Of a DNA stretch of 64,000 nucleotides, positions 19,181 to 28,848 are shown piece after piece (position 1 is the stretch's first letter; every line of letters starts with the position of its first letter). The DNA is taken from IMG/VR virus record IMGVR_UViG_3300019458_000032, positions 12,588 through 76,587 of that record; one strand, written 5' to 3'. This DNA is from a virus. Position numbers and translations under genes: made by a program. The notes below the pieces were generated by a model, which was given only the letters and a program-made list of their open reading frames with translations, ran no database searches and was not told the origin of the DNA.

Positions 19181-19570
19181 ATGAAATATATTAATGTATT
19201 TGTAATTTTATCACTTATTGGAAATCTATGCTACGCTGAAGATGTTACTTTTCTCAATCAAGGAGACAAGGCTCCATACACCGGATATCTTTTTACTGAA
19301 TCAAAAACAAAAGAAGTTAGAATTCAACTATTAGAACGTGATTCCTATAAAGCACTTAATGATTCTTATGAAAAAACAAATGTGTGGCTTAAACAGAATA
19401 TTGATCTTAAAGATCAACAAATAACTATTGTATCTCAAAGAAATGATGATTTAGCTAAAGCTCTTAGAGAAGAGAAAACCGCTAATAATTGGGAAAGAAT
19501 ATTTTACTTTGCAATTGGAGTACTTGCTACCTCAGCAGCCGTGTATGGTGTTAAGAAAATCACCCAATAA
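19181..19570 (+). CDS. spanin-like envelope protein
   Basis: Signal peptide, GDKAPYTGYL, coiled coil, C-terminal TM helix. Confidence 0.45.
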   Translation: MKYINVFVILSLIGNLCYAEDVTFLNQGDKAPYTGYLFTESKTKEVRIQLLERDSYKALNDSYEKTNVWLKQNIDLKDQQITIVSQRNDDLAKALREEKTANNWERIFYFAIGVLATSAAVYGVKKITQ

Positions 19571-20264
19571 TGTATCTACAGAAGAACTTCTAAAACAGTT
19601 AAAAACAACTGAAGAAATTCCTGAAGAACAATTAATAAAAGAAGAAAATGAACAGTCTAGTATTGATTTTATTAGATTCTTTAATCTTAAACCTGGCAAC
19701 GAAAGAATAGGTAGTCACGACCTTTATAAATTGTATAGTTTGTGGTACAGAGGAAATGAAAAACTGCGTTCTCTTCAATTCTCGGTTCAAGTTGGTAAAT
19801 ATTTACCTAGATATACCGGTGATGGTAAAAGTTGGTATTTAATCGACGAAAAATTAATAGATTTACATGAACGTGCATTTAAATTAATAAAAAAAGAAAA
19901 GAAAAGATACAAAAGTCCAAATGTTAAAGCTGATTTTGATAATTATCTAAAGAAGTATAATATATCTAAAGGAACAAAATATAATTTCACGTGGATAGCT
20001 GGAGAAGTTCTATATTCATTATATGATGAGTATGCGTATGGAATAAAAAAGAAGAAACCACTATCTGAACAACAATTTTTAAAACTTTGTAAGATATACT
20101 TCCCAGACTATAAAAGGGACGAGAAGATATTATGGTTTAATATTCATGATTCCATTTCAAATATCATGACAGCGGAAAGGATTTCCGCAATAATGACAGG
20201 GAGAAGTCAACGTCGTGCCAAAGAAAAAAAGCAGAAGAAGCAATACAGAGCATCCAGCTCTTAA
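19545..20264 (+). CDS. hypothetical protein with two tandem winged-helix-like repeats
   Basis: Two similar halves (LYKLYSLWY...QF...KYLP and LYSLYDEYAY...QF...IYFP) and a basic C-tail. Start uncertain. Confidence 0.5.
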   Translation: MVLRKSPNNVSTEELLKQLKTTEEIPEEQLIKEENEQSSIDFIRFFNLKPGNERIGSHDLYKLYSLWYRGNEKLRSLQFSVQVGKYLPRYTGDGKSWYLIDEKLIDLHERAFKLIKKEKKRYKSPNVKADFDNYLKKYNISKGTKYNFTWIAGEVLYSLYDEYAYGIKKKKPLSEQQFLKLCKIYFPDYKRDEKILWFNIHDSISNIMTAERISAIMTGRSQRRAKEKKQKKQYRASSS

Positions 20265-20691
20265 ACCTAGTTTAAATCTAAAAACAAGATACGAAGAAAT
20301 AGAAGATTTATCTAGTTATGCCAATAGAACTGATATAGATACTCTAACTTTGTCCGATGAAGATCGTGATTGGCTTAATAAGTTTGCCGAAGAGTATGTA
20401 AATGATAAATTAAATAGGAAAAATCTAAAGAAAAATATACATAATACAGAAAAATTAAAGAAAACTTGTGATGATAGAAACAATGCCAGAAATAGAGATA
20501 TTCTGACTCAAGTGAAGGCATATGGAAAACTTGTAGATATTAATAGTATTAGTGAATTTGAGCTTGTTTCTGAAGATATTGAAGATTTAATTATAGAGAA
20601 AATAGAAAGAGATAGATTAGAGGAGCTTAAGAAGTCTAAGAAGCTCAAGAAGCGCGGCAAGACCAAGAACAAGACCAATGGCTCCCTTTAA
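20215..20691 (+). CDS. hypothetical basic protein (possible regulator)
   Basis: Last + strand gene; converges on and overlaps the - strand block. Confidence 0.55.
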   Translation: MPKKKSRRSNTEHPALKPSLNLKTRYEEIEDLSSYANRTDIDTLTLSDEDRDWLNKFAEEYVNDKLNRKNLKKNIHNTEKLKKTCDDRNNARNRDILTQVKAYGKLVDINSISEFELVSEDIEDLIIEKIERDRLEELKKSKKLKKRGKTKNKTNGSL

Positions 20692-20949
20692 TTTCCAATT
20701 ATCTTTTTTTAAAGGTTCTAGTTCTTCTTTAATAAGTTTAAATTCTTCTTTATTATCTTCTTTTTGACGTTTTAAATCTTCTTCTAATAAATTTGTACGA
20801 TAAATATGAATTCCAATGTCTTCACGCATCTCGTGTTGACTATCTTTTATCCCAGAAATATCTTTTTGCATCTCTTTAGTGGATTCTTTAACTTCTTTTA
20901 AAGAATCTTTAATAGCTTCTAAAATTTCGTAGAATTCTTGTTTATCCAT
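20617..20949 (-). CDS. coiled-coil protein with C-terminal TM helix
   Basis: Heptad-rich body and hydrophobic C-terminus. Confidence 0.6.
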   Translation of the reverse strand: MDKQEFYEILEAIKDSLKEVKESTKEMQKDISGIKDSQHEMREDIGIHIYRTNLLEEDLKRQKEDNKEEFKLIKEELEPLKKDNWKLKGAIGLVLGLAALLELLRLLKLL

Positions 20950-20952
20950 ATA

Positions 20953-21459
20953 TTATTTGTTCATCATTCTTCTTTTAGCGTCTTCATGAGCCCATTCACT
21001 AAATTTTTCCCAATCTTCGTTACTTAATTGACCTTCACTTGTAATATCTTCATAAGCTTGTCCCCTAGCTTCAGGATCATCTGGAAGACTATTCATGTAT
21101 TCGATTGCTCTATTTAATGATTCACTGGATCTATTAGCTTTAAATTCTTGTTCAGCAGGATTTTCAATAATTTTTAATTCACTTTCGGAATCAGGTTTTC
21201 TAGTATTTTTATTTTGTTCTTTTAATTTATTGATAAATTGTTGAACTCTTTCTTTACTATCTTTTGGTTTTTCAGGATTATTTAAAGCTGCGTAATCCAC
21301 TGGTTCTTCTGCCGTAGAAGAAGGAGTTCTAAATCTAACGTTCTTACCAGTTTGACCAAATACAGGTCTATCTGTCTCTATGATTTCTTTTCCACCTTGT
21401 TTAGCTAAAGAAGCTTCTGCTAATTTTTTTAATAATTCTTGACGTTGTAATTCATCCAT
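20953..21459 (-). CDS. hypothetical protein
   Basis: ORF packed in the virion operon. Confidence 0.6.
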   Translation of the reverse strand: MDELQRQELLKKLAEASLAKQGGKEIIETDRPVFGQTGKNVRFRTPSSTAEEPVDYAALNNPEKPKDSKERVQQFINKLKEQNKNTRKPDSESELKIIENPAEQEFKANRSSESLNRAIEYMNSLPDDPEARGQAYEDITSEGQLSNEDWEKFSEWAHEDAKRRMMNK

Positions 21460-21461
21460 AA

Positions 21462-23483
21462 TTATTCATTTTCTCCAGATTGTTGTTCACCATTTATCTT
21501 AAGACGAGCTAAAGGATTTTGCATAATTGAGAATATGGCAGCATTAACTGCTGCTTGATCTTTATTATCTAAACCTTTTAATAACGCATTACCAAGGTTT
21601 TCTAAACCTGGAACATCTGAAATCTTAGATGCAATAGATCTAATTTCATGTTCAGGAGCATTTAATAGTTTTTTTGTAATCTCAACTGGAGTTCGAGTGA
21701 TAGTATCTTTATACAAACCATATTTATTGGCCACATTTATCACGGAACCTTTACCAAATAAAGATCCTTTTGCTGCGGTTTGAAGACTTTCTTGTGGATT
21801 AACTCTCCAAGCATGTTGAATCATTGCAGATTGATCGGCTTTATCTCTAACCATTTTTTCAATTGATTTAGATTGAGAATCAGTCGAATCAATCATTTTG
21901 GGTGTACTTTCCTTTTTAATTAAACCTTGTTTAACTCTTTGGGCTTCACTTGTCTCAAATTGTTTTAAACCTTTAATAAAATTACTAAAGGTTTCAGCAT
22001 CTTTAGAAGAACCAAAACCAGGATTTTGAGATCCTTGAATCATTTTTCTTGTACTATCGAAAAGTTTACCTTCTTGATTCTTAATATTACTGAGCTTAAC
22101 ACCGCTAATATCTACAGGAGTTGAACCTGAAATAATAGTTTCTGGCACTAAACGTCTAAATTCTTCAAATCTATTTGCCGCAATTTTATATTCAGGAACT
22201 GCTTCTTTTAAAATAGAACCAATTCGATATTGAAAATCATATCCCATATTTGCAATATAAGGATCTTTAACTTTTATAGAATCAGCTAAATCAACTACAT
22301 CACTTCTTAAAGATTGTAGTTCTTTAGGAGTCATTTCGGTTTTATTTTTTAATTGAAATAATGTATCATATAGTTTTTTAGCTTTAGGATTTGCAGAAAT
22401 TGTTGCATCTTTTTGCGCAACATCTGCGAATTGTTGTGCCATTCCTATGAGTTCATCACTCATGTCAATAATTTGACCAGAATCGGTTGCTTTATTAATT
22501 GATTCACCGACAGATTTACCTAATTGATCATCAACTTTATAAATTCTATCTACAAGATCTCTAGAAGCTTCTGTATCAGCATGTAATAATCCAGATTTTA
22601 ATTTAGGTCCTTCTTGTCCAGGAGTTAAAATATCTGGTGATCCAAATTTAGCTTTATCACTATAAATATTAACGCCTTCTTCACCGAGTTCTTTAGCTTT
22701 TCTAACTTGTCTTAAAAATGGAGTATCTTCTATAAAATCTGTCATTTTAGATTGAATTTTTTCTTTAGCTGCTCCACCAAATCCTTTAACTGCTTGACCA
22801 ATTCCCATAAGTGTAGCACCAGCTACACCGCCAGTTAAAGCACCTTCTGCTGTATCTTTAATTAATTGTTCTTTTTCTTCGGGAGTTGCGCCCAAGATCT
22901 TACCTTCAGATTTTCCTGCCCCATAAATTGCACCTTCGGGGGCAGCAATTAAAGCGGCGGTTCCTGCTCTTTTAGCTAATTCCTTAAGAGCGGCCTTCTT
23001 ACCTTGTTCTTTTAAGATTTGTTTTAACCCAACTTTAGCAATAGCCGGAGCTGTTGCACCTGCGGTTAATAGAGCTGGAGCAATGGCACCACCAATTTCA
23101 CCAATTGTTGATAAATAAGGACTTCTTTCTTCAGATTCTTTGAGTTTTTGCTGTTCAAGTTCATGATATTTTCTATAAAGTTCTTTATAATCATCTCTTG
23201 TTTTATCACCAAGAGCTATATCAGAACCCGCTTTCAATGCTGCCAAAGCTTCATCACTAAATCCTAATGACAAACCTTGACCAACTCCACGTGCTAAGTC
23301 AGTTCCAGTTTCAAATGTACCTTTACCAAGATCTCTTAAGCCTGTTTTAACTGAACTACCTAAATCTTGAACTTTTTGAGATAAGATTTGACTAGTTGTA
23401 GGAGTTAATGGAACGTTCTCAAATCCCTCGTCTAGAGGAACTTCTTGAAACCCATCATCTAAATTTAAATCTTTTTTAGCCAT
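21462..23483 (-). CDS. putative internal virion/ejection protein
   Basis: Helical and Gly/Ala-rich (RGVGQGLSLGFSDE); position downstream of the nozzle gene. Confidence 0.65.
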   Translation of the reverse strand: MAKKDLNLDDGFQEVPLDEGFENVPLTPTTSQILSQKVQDLGSSVKTGLRDLGKGTFETGTDLARGVGQGLSLGFSDEALAALKAGSDIALGDKTRDDYKELYRKYHELEQQKLKESEERSPYLSTIGEIGGAIAPALLTAGATAPAIAKVGLKQILKEQGKKAALKELAKRAGTAALIAAPEGAIYGAGKSEGKILGATPEEKEQLIKDTAEGALTGGVAGATLMGIGQAVKGFGGAAKEKIQSKMTDFIEDTPFLRQVRKAKELGEEGVNIYSDKAKFGSPDILTPGQEGPKLKSGLLHADTEASRDLVDRIYKVDDQLGKSVGESINKATDSGQIIDMSDELIGMAQQFADVAQKDATISANPKAKKLYDTLFQLKNKTEMTPKELQSLRSDVVDLADSIKVKDPYIANMGYDFQYRIGSILKEAVPEYKIAANRFEEFRRLVPETIISGSTPVDISGVKLSNIKNQEGKLFDSTRKMIQGSQNPGFGSSKDAETFSNFIKGLKQFETSEAQRVKQGLIKKESTPKMIDSTDSQSKSIEKMVRDKADQSAMIQHAWRVNPQESLQTAAKGSLFGKGSVINVANKYGLYKDTITRTPVEITKKLLNAPEHEIRSIASKISDVPGLENLGNALLKGLDNKDQAAVNAAIFSIMQNPLARLKINGEQQSGENE

Positions 23484-23485
23484 AA

Positions 23486-25525
23486 TTATTTACGACCTTG
23501 TACAATTTCTTTTGTTCCATCAGAATATACAAATTGTGTTTGATTTGTTGTTGGGTTATAACCCTTTTTAATTATAGTTTTTTTAGCTTTAGCACTATCT
23601 GGTGCTTCTTCAGAACTACCTTCATTATCTAACATGAAACCCAAACCATGCGGATCTAAAATGTTTCTAGCGGATTCAGGTCTTCTTCTTAAAGTTTCAA
23701 TATAAGGACCCATAATCTTTTTCTGGGTTTTCATAATTTGTTCTTTAGCTAGTTCTTTTTCTCTTTCCACTGTTTCCATTGTTCTCTTAACGAATTCACC
23801 TTGAGCTGCACCTTTTGGAATATTTGTAATATATTCTACAATTTTTGCTAAATCTCCAGAATAAGTATTAGGTATTAAATGTGCAGTACCAGTAATTGTG
23901 CCTTGGCCACTAGATAATAGAGTGTCTAATGAACGAGCCAATTCGTAAACTTGACGAGTATCCAATTCACCTTTATCTTTATATTGATTAGCGAGAGCTT
24001 CAATTGCCTCTGCTGAACGTATATTATTAGCAGCTTTACCAAATGCTGATCTAGAAGATCCAATTTCAGATGTTAAACGTTTACCAAGATCATCCAAACG
24101 TTTTGTATCCATTTGATCTTGTTTTTCTTCAATTTTAATTTGTGTCATCGCTTTACGATTTTCAGCAGCTTCTTTAGCGGCTTGAATTCTAGCTTTTCTG
24201 TTTTCTTCTGCGGTAAATTCTCTAGATTTACGATTCTCTTCGGCAATTTTCTGATCAGACTCATTCTTTTCTTTAGATTGTTGAGCACGAGCTTCTTGAG
24301 CAACTTTAGCTTCAAAGTCTTTAAATACAAGAGGAACGATTTTACTGCCAGTTTCCGCTGACATATCTCCAGAAACTTTAACGCCCATTTTAGCTAGATA
24401 TGCTTTAAATGCTTTAGAAGTTTGACTATGGGGATCATTTCCTTCTTGGGCCATTCTATCTTTTACATCTTGAACTTTTTGATCAGCTTGTTTAATATTA
24501 GAGTCATATACATCACCATATAGAGGTTTAAAGCCCCCAATAGCCGCTGCACCACGTTCTGAAATCTTACCTAGGTTGTTCCAAAGGATTTGCATATCGC
24601 GGGCTTCTTGAGCCTTATTAAGAGCATCTACAACATCATAATTTTGTTTTCCAAGATCCATTTCAAATTCTGGAGCTTTGGTGCCCCCTTCTTCAGAAGC
24701 TGATTCATTTGCAACAAAATCTTCATTCTGCATAGTTTGCTCTAAAGATTTATCGTCGGCATTTTCTTCAGAAACGTTTTCAATTGTTGAAGGTTTACCT
24801 TTTTTAGGTTCACTTAGAATTTTTTTATTAGCTTTATAAGGATTTTTAGCTTTCTCTGTTTTTTTAGGTTCTTCTTTAGGAGGTTCTGGTGTTTCTAAAG
24901 GTTGTTCTTTATTCTGTATTTCTTCAGATCCATCGGTTAATAAACCTAAAGCACCAATTCCGGCAAGACCCAAACCAATATTGCGAGAAGTATTAGATTT
25001 TTTAGGAATAACAGGTGTAATATCTTTAACTTCTCTATATACAGCATCTTCAATAATTTCTTCTGGAGATGCATTTTTCATCAAAGATTTTTCACCTTGA
25101 ACGGTAGCATTTCTTCCCATAGATGTTGAAGGAAGATTAGGATTTCTATATGGATTACCTTTTAATATAAAGTTAGGATCTTTATTTATATATGGTTCGC
25201 CCTTTAAAATGAAATTCGGATCTTGATTCAATTTTACAGTATCGGCAGCTTTTGTGATTTGTCCAGGTATTGGGGCATCGCCCATTTTACCAGAAGCTCT
25301 AGCCGCGTTTTCAATTTCTTGTAAAGGACTGATACTCATTGCTGGTTTTGGAGCACCTAAACGAGCCTGTTGTTCAATTGCTTCTCTGGCCATTGAAGGA
25401 GATAATTTAAAAATATCATGTGCCGCTTCAGCCTCTTCTTTTGATAGTTTTCTACCAAAAGCTTTACCTTCAGCACTTTCTGTACTTTTTACAAGTTTTT
25501 TAATAATGTTATTAAGTTGAGACAT
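23486..25525 (-). CDS. putative internal virion/ejection protein
   Basis: Coiled coil, one hydrophobic segment, internal DPNFILKG-PY duplication. Confidence 0.6.
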   Translation of the reverse strand: MSQLNNIIKKLVKSTESAEGKAFGRKLSKEEAEAAHDIFKLSPSMAREAIEQQARLGAPKPAMSISPLQEIENAARASGKMGDAPIPGQITKAADTVKLNQDPNFILKGEPYINKDPNFILKGNPYRNPNLPSTSMGRNATVQGEKSLMKNASPEEIIEDAVYREVKDITPVIPKKSNTSRNIGLGLAGIGALGLLTDGSEEIQNKEQPLETPEPPKEEPKKTEKAKNPYKANKKILSEPKKGKPSTIENVSEENADDKSLEQTMQNEDFVANESASEEGGTKAPEFEMDLGKQNYDVVDALNKAQEARDMQILWNNLGKISERGAAAIGGFKPLYGDVYDSNIKQADQKVQDVKDRMAQEGNDPHSQTSKAFKAYLAKMGVKVSGDMSAETGSKIVPLVFKDFEAKVAQEARAQQSKEKNESDQKIAEENRKSREFTAEENRKARIQAAKEAAENRKAMTQIKIEEKQDQMDTKRLDDLGKRLTSEIGSSRSAFGKAANNIRSAEAIEALANQYKDKGELDTRQVYELARSLDTLLSSGQGTITGTAHLIPNTYSGDLAKIVEYITNIPKGAAQGEFVKRTMETVEREKELAKEQIMKTQKKIMGPYIETLRRRPESARNILDPHGLGFMLDNEGSSEEAPDSAKAKKTIIKKGYNPTTNQTQFVYSDGTKEIVQGRK

Positions 25526-25528
25526 TAT

Positions 25529-27079
25529 TTATTTACCTTTATTATGATTATCAATTTCTGTCATTAGTTCATGATGATTTTGCATCAATTTTAAAAGTTT
25601 TTTACCGATTGTACCTTGAGCAATAGTTTTAGGTACTACAATTTCTCCAGGACTCACCATTGCATGAACTGTATCATTGGCTGGATGATCACCCGGAACC
25701 ACTTCTTGCCCGTGAACTTCACCACCATGAGTATAGTCTTCGGCCATTATTCTACCGCCATCGGCGTAACCTTCGTCGAAATTTCTACGATTTTGTTTTC
25801 TAATACGTTCATATTTTTCTTGTAAAGTTTCTTCGTGTACTGGTTCTTTAGGTTTTTCAAAAGCTTTTTCTAAACTTTCAACAAATTCATCAAATGAATA
25901 AGGTCTTTTAACTTTTCCACCTTCTGCATAACCAACTAGATTTTTTAATTTATCAAAAGTTGAAGCTTGATTGGCCATTCCAGTTCTAATTTTATTATAT
26001 TCAGATTCACGATTATCTTTTTTATAATCTTCGTTGAAGTCTTTTTTAACTTCTCCACCATCTGAATAACCTGAAATTTCTCCACCTTCCCATTTTTTAT
26101 TTTTTTCATCTTTTAAATTAAGAAATCCACCAATTGTTGATAGTCCAGATCCAACCATTTGCCAAGGAGCAGCAGCTTGTGCAGCAGCATTTTGTCCTTC
26201 AGCCGTTAATGCAGCAGCTCTTTGTTGTTGAGCACCCGATCTCATTTGTTGACGTTGGGCTTGATCCTGCCAATATGTACGTTGTGCTTCATTTTGACGT
26301 AAACGTTCTTGATTTTCCATTCCAATATTAGCGTTTGAAATATTTTGAGCGGCATTTAAATTAGCTTCTTGGGCAGCATTTCTAGCACCGACATTTCTTT
26401 GCTGTACATTGCTTCTATTTTGAACGTTAAATTGTTCTAATGCATCTTGGGCAGCAGCTCTTGCACTATTTACATCAAAATCTTGTCCTCTAATTGAACC
26501 GCCCAATGTTCCAGCTTGATTGATAGCATTTAACGCATTAGCTGAAGACATTGCTGCTAATCTATCACCTTCTTGAGAAGCTTGATTGGTACCACTTTGA
26601 GAAGCTTGTAAAGCTGCGATTAATTCAGCACCTGATCCACCTTGACCACGGGCTTGAAAATTTTGCATAATTTGTTGACGTTTTGCTTCTGTATCACGAG
26701 CTATTTCATTTCTTATTTGATTTAAGGCAGCACGATCTTCAGGTGTTAACCCGCCTTTACCACGCTGTTGAAGAAGTTGTAAAGCTTCTTTTTGAGTATC
26801 TCTTAAACTAGCATCTTCTGTAATTTCACCAACTTTGGAAGGACCGGCAAGTATTTCTGTTTCAAGTTCTGGAGTTAAAATTCCAGCTTGTTGAAATTGT
26901 TCAAATATAATTTTCTTAGATAAATCAGGCGGCATCCCAATTCTATTGAGTTCTTCTTGGGCCTCAATCATTGCATTGCGTGCTTCACCTAAAGCTCCAC
27001 GAGATGCTTCTCTAGCAGCAATCCCACCTACGAGATTTGCAGCAACACCTGCTCCACCAAACATTGATTCTAGTGCCAT
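25529..27079 (-). CDS. putative ejection (pilot) protein with repeated [WY]x(x)GG motifs
   Basis: Gly/Ala-rich N-terminus, Q/N/A-rich helices, five GG motifs, then DTVHAMVSPGEIVVP. Confidence 0.65.
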   Translation of the reverse strand: MALESMFGGAGVAANLVGGIAAREASRGALGEARNAMIEAQEELNRIGMPPDLSKKIIFEQFQQAGILTPELETEILAGPSKVGEITEDASLRDTQKEALQLLQQRGKGGLTPEDRAALNQIRNEIARDTEAKRQQIMQNFQARGQGGSGAELIAALQASQSGTNQASQEGDRLAAMSSANALNAINQAGTLGGSIRGQDFDVNSARAAAQDALEQFNVQNRSNVQQRNVGARNAAQEANLNAAQNISNANIGMENQERLRQNEAQRTYWQDQAQRQQMRSGAQQQRAAALTAEGQNAAAQAAAPWQMVGSGLSTIGGFLNLKDEKNKKWEGGEISGYSDGGEVKKDFNEDYKKDNRESEYNKIRTGMANQASTFDKLKNLVGYAEGGKVKRPYSFDEFVESLEKAFEKPKEPVHEETLQEKYERIRKQNRRNFDEGYADGGRIMAEDYTHGGEVHGQEVVPGDHPANDTVHAMVSPGEIVVPKTIAQGTIGKKLLKLMQNHHELMTEIDNHNKGK

Positions 27080-27082
27080 ATA

Positions 27083-28378
27083 TTATCCTTGACTTTCTTC
27101 GTCAGTGGTTATATTACCTAAATAATTTTTATTCATATCATTAAATCTTTGCTGAGCATTTGCTAAATTAGTTCTTGCCCATAGTAAATTTTGTGTATCA
27201 GATCCACCAACAGCACCTGGGGCAAAAGCTGCGATCTCTGCTCTAGCCGCATTTCCCCATCCTTTTTTACCACTATTAATATGTTTATCATATACAGCTT
27301 GAATTCTTTGTGCCATTGCTAAATCACCTTCCACTGGAGCTAATTTAGCACGATTTGCGGCAATTGCCTGATTCAAACCTTCTTTATCATAAGCTAATTG
27401 ACCTTGTTCGTATCCACCAACTTTTGTAGGATCATACCCTTGTAAATCACTACCCATTAAACGTTTTAAATTACTAAATCTTTGAAATTGTTCTTGGTTC
27501 ATTAATTCTTCAGGTCTAGCGGCTTCATTGAGTCCACGGCCTTGAAAACGAACAACGTCGCCTAAATTAACACCATATGTACGATCACCGGCCTGTAATC
27601 CCAAGGCCTCTAATGCTTGTCTTGATAAATAATTTTCAGATGATCCACGTTGTCTTTCTTGTTCAGCTTGTGTTCTTAATGAAGCATCTCTTTCATTTGC
27701 AAGTTTTGCGGCTTCTTGGGCGGGAGTTAATACAGTTTGAGCACCCTCACCTGCACGTTGAGCAACGTTTCTTCCAAATCCTTGAGCTTGACTCTGATAT
27801 TGTTGTCCAACTTCTTGAGCCCCTTGTTGTGCAGATTGAGCTTGTTGTCCAAGACCACTAACTGATCTACGAGCACTTTTTAAATCTTTTCCACCAGTTG
27901 CACCTAAAAGAAGACTATCCAGTCTTTGTTGACCAGCTTGATATTGATTAGGACCAGCAGCATAACGTTGAAGGAGAGCTTGTCTACCACCAGCGGTTCC
28001 AACTTGTTGACCTAAATTTTGAGCTTCTTGAGCTTGTCCTGTTACAGATCCAGCATTTTTAAGACCTAAAGGACCAGTATATCCACCAGCTCTAAATCTA
28101 TCGAAATCTTTAAAATCTTGTTCATTAACATCATCTGGACGACTTAAAACGTCTTCTACACGTTGTCTATTGGCATCGGTATCTAATCTACCAGCCTCTG
28201 ATTGTTGATTAAACTCGCTCTGAGCCTGTTGTAATCCTTGACGAGCCTGTTCACCCGTTTCCTGAATTCCTTGACCCACAGCTTGTCCTAAACGCGTACC
28301 ACGATTTGCATTCATAATTCTCTGCAAATTGGTAAAGCCGGACCCTTGTGGTTTTGGTTTATTTATATTAGTTGCCAT
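27083..28378 (-). CDS. putative internal virion protein (Q/G/A-rich)
   Basis: Amino-acid composition and position. Confidence 0.6.
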   Translation of the reverse strand: MATNINKPKPQGSGFTNLQRIMNANRGTRLGQAVGQGIQETGEQARQGLQQAQSEFNQQSEAGRLDTDANRQRVEDVLSRPDDVNEQDFKDFDRFRAGGYTGPLGLKNAGSVTGQAQEAQNLGQQVGTAGGRQALLQRYAAGPNQYQAGQQRLDSLLLGATGGKDLKSARRSVSGLGQQAQSAQQGAQEVGQQYQSQAQGFGRNVAQRAGEGAQTVLTPAQEAAKLANERDASLRTQAEQERQRGSSENYLSRQALEALGLQAGDRTYGVNLGDVVRFQGRGLNEAARPEELMNQEQFQRFSNLKRLMGSDLQGYDPTKVGGYEQGQLAYDKEGLNQAIAANRAKLAPVEGDLAMAQRIQAVYDKHINSGKKGWGNAARAEIAAFAPGAVGGSDTQNLLWARTNLANAQQRFNDMNKNYLGNITTDEESQG

Positions 28379-28398
28379 ATAAAGACTTCTCTACTATA

Positions 28399-28408
28399 AC
28401 AGTTGTTA
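28399..28408 (-). promoter_or_regulatory. phage promoter-like motif TAACAACTGT
   Basis: Intergenic copy 20 bp upstream of gene start 28378. Confidence 0.65.
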
Positions 28409-28431
28409 AAATATTGATATAATTCAGCATA

Positions 28432-28848
28432 TTATGTTCCATAAGCCACTACAGTTATTAAATACTGTTGATCAGATTGTAACCCTGTAATATGATTAAT
28501 ATTTACGATATTGGAGTTCTGCCCAAATGAAATAAATGGAGAAGAAGTGGGATAACTAGTTGATATCGTTTGATTAATTACTTTTAATACGTTACAACCC
28601 AAAACTCTCATATTTACGTTATCTAGTTGAAAACTGGCACTATTTTTAGGAATTCCATTGGCATCAACGATTATAATTACATCCTTGACTGTGCAAAATA
28701 AATTATCTTTTAACGAAAGTTTACGATTTAAAGCTTCATAAAGAGGATCTAAATCGTTATTTATAGTAAACGCTAATGTTTCTATTAGATCCTGATCTTC
28801 ATCTTTGAAATTCTGTTTTTCTAATCTTTTTAATCCAGGTAAACGCAT
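28432..28848 (-). CDS. putative tail/virion protein
   Basis: Follows the nozzle gene; helical N-terminus, beta-rich C-terminus. Confidence 0.55.
   Translation of the reverse strand: MRLPGLKRLEKQNFKDEDQDLIETLAFTINNDLDPLYEALNRKLSLKDNLFCTVKDVIIIVDANGIPKNSASFQLDNVNMRVLGCNVLKVINQTISTSYPTSSPFISFGQNSNIVNINHITGLQSDQQYLITVVAYGT

Noticed and set aside
25149-25222. DPNFILKG-PY tandem duplication
   Set aside because: Real but a short in-frame repeat in a disordered region with no further signal.
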